DNA of 64,000 nucleotides from Candidatus Eiseniibacteriota bacterium (GTDB taxonomy: Bacteria; Eisenbacteria; RBG-16-71-46; JABDJR01): NCBI GenBank assembly GCA_963762255.1, contig CAVXKA010000001.1:672001-736000 (forward strand), given 5' to 3'. The notes below the pieces were generated by a model. That model was not told the origin of the DNA, made no database searches, and was given only the letters and a program-made list of their open reading frames with translations. Below, in pieces: positions 9,206 to 18,232 of this stretch (the stretch's first letter is position 1; each line of letters starts with the position of its first letter). The position numbers were made by a program, and so were the translations under genes.

Positions 9206-10354
9206 ATTTACGAGGTCAAGGCGCTCGAAGACCGCAAGGAGCGGGCCGTGCTGGTCGGCCTGGTCCCGTCCCCGACCGAAGAAGACTCCCTCGATGAGCT
9301 TTCTCTCCTCGCCCAGACCGCCGGCGCCGAGGTCGTCGACCGGCTCCGCCAACGCCGGGATTCCATCCGCGCCGGCACGTTCCTGAGCCGGGGCAAACTG
9401 GAACGGCTCAAGGAACTCGCGCGCGAAGCCGAGATCGATCTCGTCATCTTCGACGACGATCTCTCCCCCGGCCAGGTGAAGAACCTGGAGACTCAGCTCG
9501 AGTGCAAGGTGGTCGACCGCAGCGAGCTGATCCTCGCCATCTTCGCCGAGCGCGCCCACACGCGCGAGTCCCGCCTCCAAGTCGAGTTGGCACAGCTCGA
9601 GTACCTCCTCCCGCGGCTCACCCGAATGTGGGTCCACCTTTCGCGTCAACAGGGTGGCATAGGCACCCGAGGCCCCGGCGAAACCCAGCTCGAAGTCGAC
9701 CGCCGCCGGGTGCGCGAGAAGATCGCGTTTCTCAAGAAACGGCTCGAGGAGGTGGACCGCGAGCGGGAAGTGCAGCGCTCGCGCCGCCATCGCGTGCACC
9801 GCTGCGCGCTGGTGGGGTACACGAACGCGGGCAAGTCCACGCTCATGAACGCGCTCACCGGGGCCGGTGTGCTCACCGAGGACAAGCTCTTCGCCACCCT
9901 GGACGCCACCACCCGGCGCTACCGGTTTCCCGAAGGACAGGTGACGCTCTTCACCGACACCGTGGGGTTCATCAGGAAGCTCCCGCATCACCTGGTCGCC
10001 TCGTTTCGCTCCACCCTGCGCGAAGTCATCGAAGCCGATCTCTTGCTCCACGTCGTGGATGCATCCAACCCGGCCGCTGAAGAGCAGATTGAGACCGTGT
10101 ATCAGGTACTCGAGCAGATCGGGGCGGCAGGCAGGCCGACGATTCTTGCGCTGAACAAGGCGGATGTGGCCGACGAAGCCACCCTCCTTGGGCTGCGAGC
10201 CCGACACGCCAGGTCGGTTGTCTGTTCGGCCGTGCGGCGTGCGGGGCTCGATGATCTGCGGGCCCGGGTCCTCGAGGAAGTGATCCGTTCGGATGGCCGG
10301 CCGGCCACCGGTGAAGGGGCCCACAGCGATGCTTCCACAGAATCTCCCATGTAA
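9206..10354 (+). CDS. hflX: GTPase HflX (probable ATT start at 9206; first canonical start is GTG 9248)
   Basis: GPGETQLEVDRR, GYTNAGKST, LFATLD, DTVGFI and NKAD motifs. Confidence 0.95.
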   Translation: MYEVKALEDRKERAVLVGLVPSPTEEDSLDELSLLAQTAGAEVVDRLRQRRDSIRAGTFLSRGKLERLKELAREAEIDLVIFDDDLSPGQVKNLETQLECKVVDRSELILAIFAERAHTRESRLQVELAQLEYLLPRLTRMWVHLSRQQGGIGTRGPGETQLEVDRRRVREKIAFLKKRLEEVDREREVQRSRRHRVHRCALVGYTNAGKSTLMNALTGAGVLTEDKLFATLDATTRRYRFPEGQVTLFTDTVGFIRKLPHHLVASFRSTLREVIEADLLLHVVDASNPAAEEQIETVYQVLEQIGAAGRPTILALNKADVADEATLLGLRARHARSVVCSAVRRAGLDDLRARVLEEVIRSDGRPATGEGAHSDASTESPM

Positions 10355-10505
10355 CCGCTTTCCCTATAGACGCGAATTGCATTATACTGTCGAACGTTGA
10401 TTCCCCCAGACTGCCCCGTCGGGCCGACAAGCACCGGCCGGGGCGAGACGCCTTTGGTTTCTGTCCCCGCTACGGTCTGGACGACAGATAAGGGGCACTA
10501 GGGGA

Positions 10506-12251
10506 ATGGTCGCCGCGCATTCATATTACGAATTCGGGCCGTTTCGAGTCGATCCGACGCATCGCATGCTGTGGCGCAACGGCTACGTCGTCGCGATCCC
10601 GCCCAAACCGCTCGGCCTGCTTCTGCTGCTCATCGAGCACCGCGGCGAGGCACTGTCCAAGGACCGGATCATCGAGCTGCTCTGGTCCGGCACCGTGGGC
10701 ACCGAAGCCAACCTGAGCGTCAACATCGCCACCCTGCGGAAGATTCTCGGCGAGAAGCCCCGAGACCATCGCTACATCGTCACCGTTCCACAGCAGGGCT
10801 ACTCGTTCGTGGCCGACGTGCGCGTCAGCGACGGCGACGACACGTCGCCCCTCCCGGGTGCCGTTGCGACCCCGGCCGGCCCCCGCACCCGCCAGATAGC
10901 CGTGTTGCCGTTCGACACCCAGCAGCTTTCGGCGGATGTCGGCTTCCTGGGCCTCGGTCTGGCCGACTCGATCGCGACCAACCTGGTCAAGGTGAAGCGC
11001 CTCTCCGTGCGCGAAACAAGCTCGACCCGGAGACACGCAGGCCGGTATCCGCACGGGGGGGCCGCCGGGCGGGAACTCGGAGTGGACACGGTCGTGGAGG
11101 GCGCGATTCGGGGCACGCGAGACGCGCTGCGCGTCACGGCCCGACTCGTCTGCGTTGCCGACGAGACCATTCTTTGGGCGGGTGAGTTCACCGGGTCGGA
11201 AGAGGGTATCCAGACGATCGCCCTCCAAGTCGTTGCCCCGGTTAGAGCGTGGTTTGACGGGTCTCACCCGCTAATCCTTCCGAAGCCTGTGACCGAGAGC
11301 GCCGAGGCGTTTCGGATCTACCTTCAGGGGCGCGAGTGCCAGACCTCTCTCGTACCCGCCTCGCTTCACAAGAGCCTGGAGCTGCTGGAGAAGGCCACCG
11401 TGCTGGATCCGGGATTCGCGCTCGCGCACGCCGCGCTGGCGGAGTCCTACTATCTGATGCGGTGGCTGGATCTGCTCCCGGGAAATACGGGGGTCGCCAA
11501 TCTGGAGGCGGCGGCGCGCCGGGCGCTGGAACTGGATCCCGAACTGGCGCCGGCCTACGTCTGGCTGGCCATGATCGAGTTGACGCATCGGTACCGGTTT
11601 GAAGAGGCCAGGATCCTCTTCGATCGCGCGAACAACCTCGCACCCAACACCCTCTGCGTTCAGCGCTTCTACTGCCAGTACTTCGTCGTCACGTTGCAGT
11701 TCGACGAGGCGCTTCGGCTCGCCCGCCTCGCCCAGGCTCTGGACCCGACTTCCCTGGAAATCAAAACCATCGTCGCCCAGATTCTCATGTTCAGGCGCGA
11801 CTACCCTCGGGCCATAGAACTCTTTCAAGCCCTGGCGCCGGTGGATGGCCGGCTCACCCGTGCGATGTTCCTGCTCGGGTGGTGCCACATCCTCAACAAG
11901 GACTATGAGGCCGCCCTGAAGATGTTCGGGCCGGAATCGGAGGCGACCCCGGCGTGGGTCCACGCGGTGCAATGCTACGCCCACACCCGAATGGGAAACA
12001 CGGCGGAATCCGAACGCCATTTCGCCGAGATGAGAAGGCACAGTCTGACCCCGGAGTCGCATCCGTTTCTTCTCGCATCCGTCTACATGGGACACGGCGA
12101 TCTGGACAAGGTGATGGCCTGTCTGGAGGAGGGCCACCGGCGGGGGGAGACCTTCATCGCCTATCTGGCCGCGACTCCGATGTGGGATCCGCTCCGCGAA
12201 ACTCCCCGCTTCCAGGCTCTGGTCAGGCGGGTGGCCGGTCCGCGCCCCTGA
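10506..12251 (+). CDS. Winged-helix (OmpR/CadC-type) + TolB-like + TPR regulator
   Basis: N-terminal Trans_reg_C pattern (IVTVPQQGYSF), IAVLPF and TPR repeats. Confidence 0.85.
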   Translation: MVAAHSYYEFGPFRVDPTHRMLWRNGYVVAIPPKPLGLLLLLIEHRGEALSKDRIIELLWSGTVGTEANLSVNIATLRKILGEKPRDHRYIVTVPQQGYSFVADVRVSDGDDTSPLPGAVATPAGPRTRQIAVLPFDTQQLSADVGFLGLGLADSIATNLVKVKRLSVRETSSTRRHAGRYPHGGAAGRELGVDTVVEGAIRGTRDALRVTARLVCVADETILWAGEFTGSEEGIQTIALQVVAPVRAWFDGSHPLILPKPVTESAEAFRIYLQGRECQTSLVPASLHKSLELLEKATVLDPGFALAHAALAESYYLMRWLDLLPGNTGVANLEAAARRALELDPELAPAYVWLAMIELTHRYRFEEARILFDRANNLAPNTLCVQRFYCQYFVVTLQFDEALRLARLAQALDPTSLEIKTIVAQILMFRRDYPRAIELFQALAPVDGRLTRAMFLLGWCHILNKDYEAALKMFGPESEATPAWVHAVQCYAHTRMGNTAESERHFAEMRRHSLTPESHPFLLASVYMGHGDLDKVMACLEEGHRRGETFIAYLAATPMWDPLRETPRFQALVRRVAGPRP

Positions 12252-12264
12252 CCCTTGGATATAT

Positions 12265-12280
12265 TTGTAAAGATTTACAA
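12265..12280. promoter_or_regulatory. Palindrome TTGTAAA-GA-TTTACAA (putative TF site)
   Basis: Perfect 7-bp arms in an AT-rich patch upstream of candidate ncRNA 2; TAGTCT at 12312-12317. Confidence 0.55.
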
Positions 12281-12324
12281 CTCTTGCGTGTCCGTGATTC
12301 GAATCTGGGACTAGTCTGCTCTAT

Positions 12325-12548
12325 CAGAAGACTCTCTCTGACCGGGTGCCGAACGATGGAGTCACGCGGGGCGGGGCGGAATCCTCCGCTTCACCCCAAG
12401 ACCTCCGGAGTTGCAGAGCGGCACGGTCCGGCCGGCGCGATAACTGGTCTTCGGGCGCGCGTTGGGCGCAGGAAACTGTTGCCTGGGGGAAACGGTGCCC
12501 GATCACCCTTCGATCCGCTTTTCCGGTCGACCGTGCCGCGTTTTCTTG
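12325..12548 (+). ncRNA. Candidate structured ncRNA 2 (boundaries approximate)
   Basis: Lies between convergent genes. Perfect 11-bp stem 12418-12428/12529-12539 encloses several hairpins and is followed by a U-run; another hairpin at 12368-12397. Confidence 0.55.
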
Positions 12549-12576
12549 CCCGCACAGACGGAAGCGAACGGGACCC

Positions 12577-13251
12577 TTACCCCGGCTGCACCCCTCCGAG
12601 CACGCGAGCGTCCTCCTCACACCCTCCGCACCAGCGCACCATCTGCCGCGCCATGCGCCCCATCCCTTCCTCCATTTCGAGACGCGGGAAATCTCCGGGG
12701 GCGAAGATCACGGCGAGCGCTTCCGTGGTGCGCTCGCTCACGGAAGTGCGGGCGGAGTCGGAGGTGGGAGATCCGAAGGGGCCGTCATCATCGGCCACGG
12801 TGAGTCGCCCCGCCACGTGGACGGGCCCCTTGCGGATGCCCTCGTAGAACTCTCCGTCGCGCCCGACTCGCAGCACTACGTTGCCGCGCACCTGCGCGAG
12901 ATCGTAGAGCCCGATCGGCAGGAGCAGCGCGAGCGAGGACCAGTTGCAGGCGTCCACGAGCCGGTTGATGCGGTAGAGGGGTTCGCCCTTGAGCACGCGG
13001 CGGAGCAGCGCCTCCGACGACGGTCGCGCGCGGGTGGGGTCCACGCCGAAGGCTCGGTAGAGGCGCCGCGCGGGCTCGAGGCCGGGGATTTCGGAGGGAG
13101 CACGCCCCGCGAACGCGCGCCGGTACGTGACGCCAAGATCCTCGATCTCCGACCAGAACGAGTTCTCGTCGCCGACGCGAAGTCCGGACAGGCGCACGGC
13201 GCCGGCCAGGACACTCCGGGAAATCTCTTCATCGATCCGGAAGCTTGCCAT
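12577..13251 (-). CDS. Stand-alone B3/B4 (PheRS-beta editing-like) domain protein
   Basis: GVDPTRARPSSEALLRR, INRLVD, PIGLYD and DSART motifs. Confidence 0.9.
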   Translation of the reverse strand: MASFRIDEEISRSVLAGAVRLSGLRVGDENSFWSEIEDLGVTYRRAFAGRAPSEIPGLEPARRLYRAFGVDPTRARPSSEALLRRVLKGEPLYRINRLVDACNWSSLALLLPIGLYDLAQVRGNVVLRVGRDGEFYEGIRKGPVHVAGRLTVADDDGPFGSPTSDSARTSVSERTTEALAVIFAPGDFPRLEMEEGMGRMARQMVRWCGGCEEDARVLGGVQPG

Positions 13252-15314
13252 CACGGCTCTCCCACAGCGCGCGACGAAGGAAGGAAGCGGAACACGGTCG
13301 CCTCGGGGTTCCACCAGACGATCTCGAAGCGATCCGGCCGGCGGCCCATGAAGCTTGTGCCGGCGCGCGCGCTGCCGTGATCGCTGGTGCGCCACAACGC
13401 GTACAACGGCCCCACGTTTTCGGCGGCGAACGCATCGAGAGCGGCCAGTGTCGCCGTCGTGTCGACGGGGACGACGGGGGGGCGCGGATACCGCGAGTCC
13501 ACGTACACGCCCACGAGCGCGTCCCGCACGTCGCGACGGCGATTCATCTCCGCCGCCGGGTAGCCCCAGAAATGGGCGTAGGGCTCGCGTCCCCAGTACT
13601 GGCGGCGCGGCGCGAGCACGAGCACGTCGGCGCGCTCCTGCGAATCGATGAAGACCGCGTCGGGCGGCGTACGCTCGGCCATCCAGGCGTAGAGAGAACG
13701 CTCATCTAGGGAGATCGGGGCCGGAGCCTTCTGGAAGAGGTACACGGCGAGGTAGAGCGCCGACATGGGGACGCACATCGCAATGGGGATTGCCCACGCC
13801 CACATGCCATGGCCCCGGGCGCGGAGCGCTTTCCACCAACGCGCGAGCGTCCACCCCGCCGCGACGGCGGGGAAGAGGTAGAACACGAAGGGCATCTTGT
13901 CGGTGGTGTTGGTCGTGGGGAGCACGGTCCAGAGCGCCGCGATCATCATGCCCAAGGCCAGCCCCTGGAACACGCGGGCGCCCGGCCGCGCACCCAATCT
14001 CCAGAGCGCGGGACCGCCGAGGACGAGCGCCGCCGAGGATGCGATGAGGATTCCCGCCCACGCCGGCGACCACCCGATCGGGAAGGGGGCCCGGGTGCGG
14101 CCCACCGTGCTGAGGAAGATCGGCGCTGCCAACGCGCTGCCACACGCGAAAGCCATCGCGCCCATCACCACGAGACGCCGAGGCACCGCACCGGGACGAA
14201 CGAGCAGAAGGACCCCCGCAAGCAGCAACCCCAACCCACCGGCCCCGGCCAGTCCAGGATTCCATACCCACATGCCGAACGCAGCCAGAGCCACGCCCAC
14301 GAATCGGCGCGGGGACTCACCGGCGACTCGGGACGGCATCGACATGGACCGCGCCCAGCCCACGAGTCCCTCGCCGAGCCAGGCCAGAGACGTGACGGCG
14401 CCCCCGAACGCGGTCATCACCAGGTATTTGTTGAGAAAAGCAGGCGGGCTCCCGTAGAGAGACGTGAACGCCAGAACTTGATCAAAGGTGAACGGACGGA
14501 GCGAGAACAGACGGCGCAGTTCTCCCCAACCCGCGGTCTCCCCCACGAACGCGCGCGCAAGCTTCACACCGAATCCGAGGACGAAGAACGCATCGAGCCC
14601 GAGCGGCACGAAGAGAGCGGCGAAGAACGCCTCGCGGCCCGGCCGGCCCGCACCGCGCGAGAGCGCGTAGACCGCGCCGCCCAGCGAGACCAGCCAGAAC
14701 GTATTGAGGAGCCCGCCCAAGTCCCAGGCCGCCACACCCGCTGCCTCCGCCCACACCGCGAGCATCGCGTGATAGAACCAGACGTAGTTGAGAGAGAGCC
14801 CCGCGAAGTACGGATCGCCGGGAGGGACGCCGCGCGCTGCGATCTCGAAGACGACGGCGGTGTGGAACACCGCATCGCTGCGCATGCGTACCCAGGGACG
14901 AAGCGCATGCGGGAGGAGCGCGAGCGCAGCGAGAACGACGAGCCACACGATCAGCCGCCGCTCCCATCGCGGCATGGGGCCGCCGGGGCTGTGCCCGCGG
15001 AGCAGTGCTAGAAACCCGGCGGCATAGGCCGCGGCGAGACAGAGCTGCGCCGCGACGGAAACGGAGAGGCCTAGCGCGAGAAGCACGGTGGCGGCGGCCC
15101 CGGAAACGAGAGGACCGATGAAGAGCGCGCGTGCGATCACGAGCCAGCCGCGTGCGCCGCCGCCAAGCGCGCGGGAAACGGCGAATCCGGGAGCGAATCC
15201 GAGGCCCACCGCCGCGCCGAGCCAGCGCAACGGCACCGCGTCGAACGCAGCCCCGGCGATCCAGGCCGCCGCCCCGACCGCCAGAGGCGCGGCCCACGCC
15301 GTTCCGCGCCTCAT
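13251..15314 (-). CDS. Polytopic membrane protein (GT-C/DUF2298-like)
   Basis: Many TM segments; SDAVFH...PPGDPYFAGLSLNYVWFYH; C-terminal WMAERTPPDAVF. Confidence 0.6.
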   Translation of the reverse strand: MRRGTAWAAPLAVGAAAWIAGAAFDAVPLRWLGAAVGLGFAPGFAVSRALGGGARGWLVIARALFIGPLVSGAAATVLLALGLSVSVAAQLCLAAAYAAGFLALLRGHSPGGPMPRWERRLIVWLVVLAALALLPHALRPWVRMRSDAVFHTAVVFEIAARGVPPGDPYFAGLSLNYVWFYHAMLAVWAEAAGVAAWDLGGLLNTFWLVSLGGAVYALSRGAGRPGREAFFAALFVPLGLDAFFVLGFGVKLARAFVGETAGWGELRRLFSLRPFTFDQVLAFTSLYGSPPAFLNKYLVMTAFGGAVTSLAWLGEGLVGWARSMSMPSRVAGESPRRFVGVALAAFGMWVWNPGLAGAGGLGLLLAGVLLLVRPGAVPRRLVVMGAMAFACGSALAAPIFLSTVGRTRAPFPIGWSPAWAGILIASSAALVLGGPALWRLGARPGARVFQGLALGMMIAALWTVLPTTNTTDKMPFVFYLFPAVAAGWTLARWWKALRARGHGMWAWAIPIAMCVPMSALYLAVYLFQKAPAPISLDERSLYAWMAERTPPDAVFIDSQERADVLVLAPRRQYWGREPYAHFWGYPAAEMNRRRDVRDALVGVYVDSRYPRPPVVPVDTTATLAALDAFAAENVGPLYALWRTSDHGSARAGTSFMGRRPDRFEIVWWNPEATVFRFLPSSRAVGEP

Positions 15315-15433
15315 CACGCCGCGTTCTTGGGGAGTACGCCGTTGACCTGCATAGGTGCCGCCAATACTATCGACTTGTCACGCGGCCTCCCAGGGCTTCT
15401 TTGCCCGGCCGGTCGCGGATGAGGGGACAATCC

Positions 15434-15901
15434 ATGGTTCGCGCAATCTCGGTCCTGCTCGCGGTTCTGGTACTGCTCGGAGTCGGCTGGTATCTCGGCC
15501 ATCGGCCGGTCGCGGCGATGAGAACCACGGCCACCGAACTCGAAGCGGCAACCGTTCGGCGCGCCCAGGACTTCGATGCGAAGGCGCGGGTCCTCGAGGA
15601 GCGCGTCGCCATCGCCGAGGCCAAGGGCCAGCTCTGGCGGGCGCGTGCCGATCTGCTCGTCGCCGCGGGAGACGTGGGGCAGAACAACTACGGCCTCGCC
15701 GCCGAGCGGGCATCGCGGGCCCGCGACCTCGTTACGGGCGCGCTCGCCGCACCGGGGTTCACGATGGACATAGGGGCCATACGCGACATGCTCGATTCGG
15801 CGATCGGCAAGATCGCCGCCCAGGACCGGGACGCCGGCGCCGTGCTCATCCGAGCCGCCACCGAGCTGGGTCGCTTGCTCGAACAGGCCGGCCAGGCCTG
15901 A
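15434..15901 (+). CDS. Membrane-anchored coiled-coil hypothetical protein
   Basis: N-terminal TM segment, helical body, GAGGGG RBS. Confidence 0.7.
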   Translation: MVRAISVLLAVLVLLGVGWYLGHRPVAAMRTTATELEAATVRRAQDFDAKARVLEERVAIAEAKGQLWRARADLLVAAGDVGQNNYGLAAERASRARDLVTGALAAPGFTMDIGAIRDMLDSAIGKIAAQDRDAGAVLIRAATELGRLLEQAGQA

Positions 15902-15945
15902 GCCTCACCCTTACCCCGCCGGGCGGACCGGCCTCGGGAGCTAGG

Positions 15946-16407
15946 TTGCGACTACTGGACTATCTGGATCCCGGCTGCATCGGAGTCGGCCTTCCCTCGG
16001 CGGGAAAACGCGAGACGCTCGCGCGGCTGGTCGATCTCGTGGTCGGGGGCGGGTTGGCGCAGGACAAGGCGCGGCTCCTGGAGGCCCTGGAACAGCGCGA
16101 GCAGGTGGTGTCCACGGGGGTCGGGAACGGCGTGGCGATCCCGCACGCGGATCTTCCGGAGATCGAGGCCCCGCGGCTCGCGCTGGGTCTGTTCCCGGAT
16201 GGCGTGGACTACGATTCGTTGGACGAGGAGCCGGTGTACATCGCGTTCGTGCTCTTGGGAACACCGCGCACACCCGGGCTCCACATGAAGATCCTCGCCC
16301 GCATCGCGCGGTTGAGCAAGGATCCGGACTTCTCGCCGGGGCTTCGCACTGCGAAGAGCCCCGCCGAGGTTTTGGCCGCCCTCGACGTGATCGAGTCGCG
16401 GCATTAG
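15946..16407 (+). CDS. PTS IIA domain protein (EIIA-Ntr/Fru family)
   Basis: REQVVSTGVGNGVAIPHA motif. TTG start after GGGAG. Confidence 0.9.
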   Translation: MRLLDYLDPGCIGVGLPSAGKRETLARLVDLVVGGGLAQDKARLLEALEQREQVVSTGVGNGVAIPHADLPEIEAPRLALGLFPDGVDYDSLDEEPVYIAFVLLGTPRTPGLHMKILARIARLSKDPDFSPGLRTAKSPAEVLAALDVIESRH

Positions 16408-16416
16408 GAGCGCGGG

Positions 16417-16758
16417 GTGAAACTATTCGTCTACGTGCTCAATCGACCGGAGAAACTCGAAGAGGTTCTCGCTGCGTTCGTGGAAATCGGCATCACCGGC
16501 GCGACCGTGGTGGACAGCGTGGGAATGGGCCGGATCATCGCGCAGGACGTGCCGATCTTCGCCAGCTTTCAATCGCTGTTGAGTGCGAGTCGTCCGTACA
16601 ACAAGACCATCCTCTCGGTCATCGACGACGAACCCAAACTCGAGCGCGCGCTGCGTCTGATCGAGGAGATCTGCGGGCCTTTCGGCTCGGCGGGGGCCGG
16701 CATCGCCCTGACGCTTCCCATCGAGCAGGCCTACGGCATCAAGCCCGAATTCAAGTGA
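16417..16758 (+). CDS. P-II-like signalling protein
   Basis: GITGATVVDSVGMG and GAGIALTLPI; 113 aa. Confidence 0.8.
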   Translation: MKLFVYVLNRPEKLEEVLAAFVEIGITGATVVDSVGMGRIIAQDVPIFASFQSLLSASRPYNKTILSVIDDEPKLERALRLIEEICGPFGSAGAGIALTLPIEQAYGIKPEFK

Positions 16759-16764
16759 GGCACC

Positions 16765-17394
16765 ATGAACGACCGACATCACGACGCTCCTGAACACGGA
16801 CCTTCCTCCGGAGATGCCGCATCCAACCGCTTGAGCCGGTTCCTCGCTCTCGTGCTGCGCCATCGCGCCCATCAGTTCGATCTGGCTGTGGACGAGGAGG
16901 GCTTCGTCGCCTTGGATCCGCTCCTGGAAGTGATCCACTCGCAGTCCGGTCTCGATGGAGTCACCCGTGAGGACCTGGAACTTCTGACCCGCGAGGGAGA
17001 CCGCAAGCGCTACGAGATCCGGGGCGACTCCATGCGCGCCACCTACGGACACTCCTTCCGCCGCCCCATCCGCTATCCGGCGGTGGAGCCCCCCGAGCAC
17101 CTCTTCGTCGGCGTTGCCTCCGCACAGGTTCAGGAGGTTCGTCTGCACGGTCTTCGTCCGGAGGGGCGCCAGTACCTCCACCTCTCCGAGCGGGAGGATG
17201 AGGCTCGTGAGGTGGGAAGCCGGCGCAGCGGCGACGCCACCGTGGTTACGGTACTCGCCCTGGAAGCGTCCCAAAGTGGAATTCCATTCCACCGACCCAC
17301 TGACGGCCTCTATCTCGCTCTGCAACTCCCCGCGCGCTTCTTAGATTTGCAGGTGCAGTACGGCCGATCCCCGAAGAAAGGGCGCCGGCGCTAG
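16765..17394 (+). CDS. kptA: RNA 2'-phosphotransferase KptA/Tpt1 family
   Basis: LSRFLALVLRH, KRYE, RATYGHS and RQYLHLS present. HGT motif replaced by VGV. Confidence 0.85.
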   Translation: MNDRHHDAPEHGPSSGDAASNRLSRFLALVLRHRAHQFDLAVDEEGFVALDPLLEVIHSQSGLDGVTREDLELLTREGDRKRYEIRGDSMRATYGHSFRRPIRYPAVEPPEHLFVGVASAQVQEVRLHGLRPEGRQYLHLSEREDEAREVGSRRSGDATVVTVLALEASQSGIPFHRPTDGLYLALQLPARFLDLQVQYGRSPKKGRRR

Positions 17395-17539
17395 CCTCGC
17401 GTCCGCGGGCATGAACCTCGTTCCAGCCGGCGCCAGTCTCGCGTCCGCGGCCCTGGAATCGCCCCAATCGCTTTCTTGGATTTCCAGTTAACGTTTATTG
17501 AATTGGGACCGCGCGACCGCGATCGCCATACTCCCTGCG

Positions 17540-17840
17540 TTGTTGATGTGTGGGGTGGGGTGGGGTGAAACCCGGAGAGTAAACGTCTCCGGTCCCGGAC
17601 CTGACTCGCTGGGACGTACGCCAAATACGGTGGTAGCGGAAGCACTCGGCGTTCACGGAACGAACGGAGTGCGGTCCTCCGACTGGGGATGATGGGGGTT
17701 CGGCGCCCCGGCGAGGGTCCGGGTCTTTCGAAAGGAACGCTGGCCGCTTTCAGCAATCTCCCGAACAGCGCCCTCGGGTAGCCTCGGGAGGACCTTCGCC
17801 GGGCTTAGGCGAGGAAGCGCCGCGTTCCTTTCTGTTTTTT
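17540..17840 (+). ncRNA. Candidate structured ncRNA 3 (two multibranch domains; 5' end approximate)
   Basis: Stems 17594-17613/17707-17723 and 17730-17740/17822-17832 each enclose several hairpins; ends TGTTTTTT. Confidence 0.65.
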
Positions 17841-17946
17841 CAGCCCGATTCCCCTCCATCGCGCGGCCGGATGACTCATTGTCGATTTTGTAGTCTTTTG
17901 ATCAGCATTACGCCGCCGCTTCGTCTTGAACCAAATTATCTGAATA

Positions 17947-17963
17947 TTGGAATTGAGTTAGCG
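17947..17963 (+). promoter_or_regulatory. Possible sigma54-type promoter (TTGG-N10-GC)
   Basis: GG at 17949-17950 and GC at 17961-17962 in an AT-rich spacer; imperfect match to TGGCAC-N5-TTGC. Confidence 0.3.
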
Positions 17964-17977
17964 GGATATTGGATTGG

Positions 17978-18231
17978 TGTGCCCCTGCCCGCCGGATCAT
18001 CATGCGGTCGGGTCGAGGAGAGACAGCCACGATCCCTGCGAGCCCTACGCCGGACTGACAGAGCGGACGCAGGAGTTCGGGACGCTCAGGAGCGAAGGCT
18101 CCTGAAAACGGGATGCATGGGGGTACCGTTCCGAACGGGATGCCGAGGAGATCTCGACGACCGGTCGGCCGCAAGGCCAAGGGCTCGCAAAATCTTTGGG
18201 CTCCTCAGGAAACTGAGGAGCCCTTCTTTTT
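17978..18231 (+). ncRNA. Candidate structured ncRNA 4 (5' end approximate)
   Basis: Long-range stem 18005-18017/18153-18163, hairpins 18086-18105 and ggcc-GCAA-ggcc, plus-strand terminator. Confidence 0.6.
18198..18231 (+). terminator. Intrinsic terminator
   Basis: gggctcctcag-GAAA-ctgaggagccc followed by ttcttttt. Confidence 0.85.
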
Positions 18232-18232
18232 G

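Noticed and set aside
17396-17450. 13-bp direct repeat CTCGCGTCCGCGG with 29-nt spacer as mini-CRISPR
   Set aside because: Only two short copies and no cas genes.
17551-17565. (TGGGG)3 as a G-quadruplex
   Set aside because: Only three G-tracts, insufficient for a canonical intramolecular G4.
17540-18231. Assignment to SRP, 6S, RNase P, tmRNA or group II intron
   Set aside because: Diagnostic motifs (SRP helix 8, RNase P P4, tmRNA ends, domain V) were not found by eye; Rfam search is still needed.
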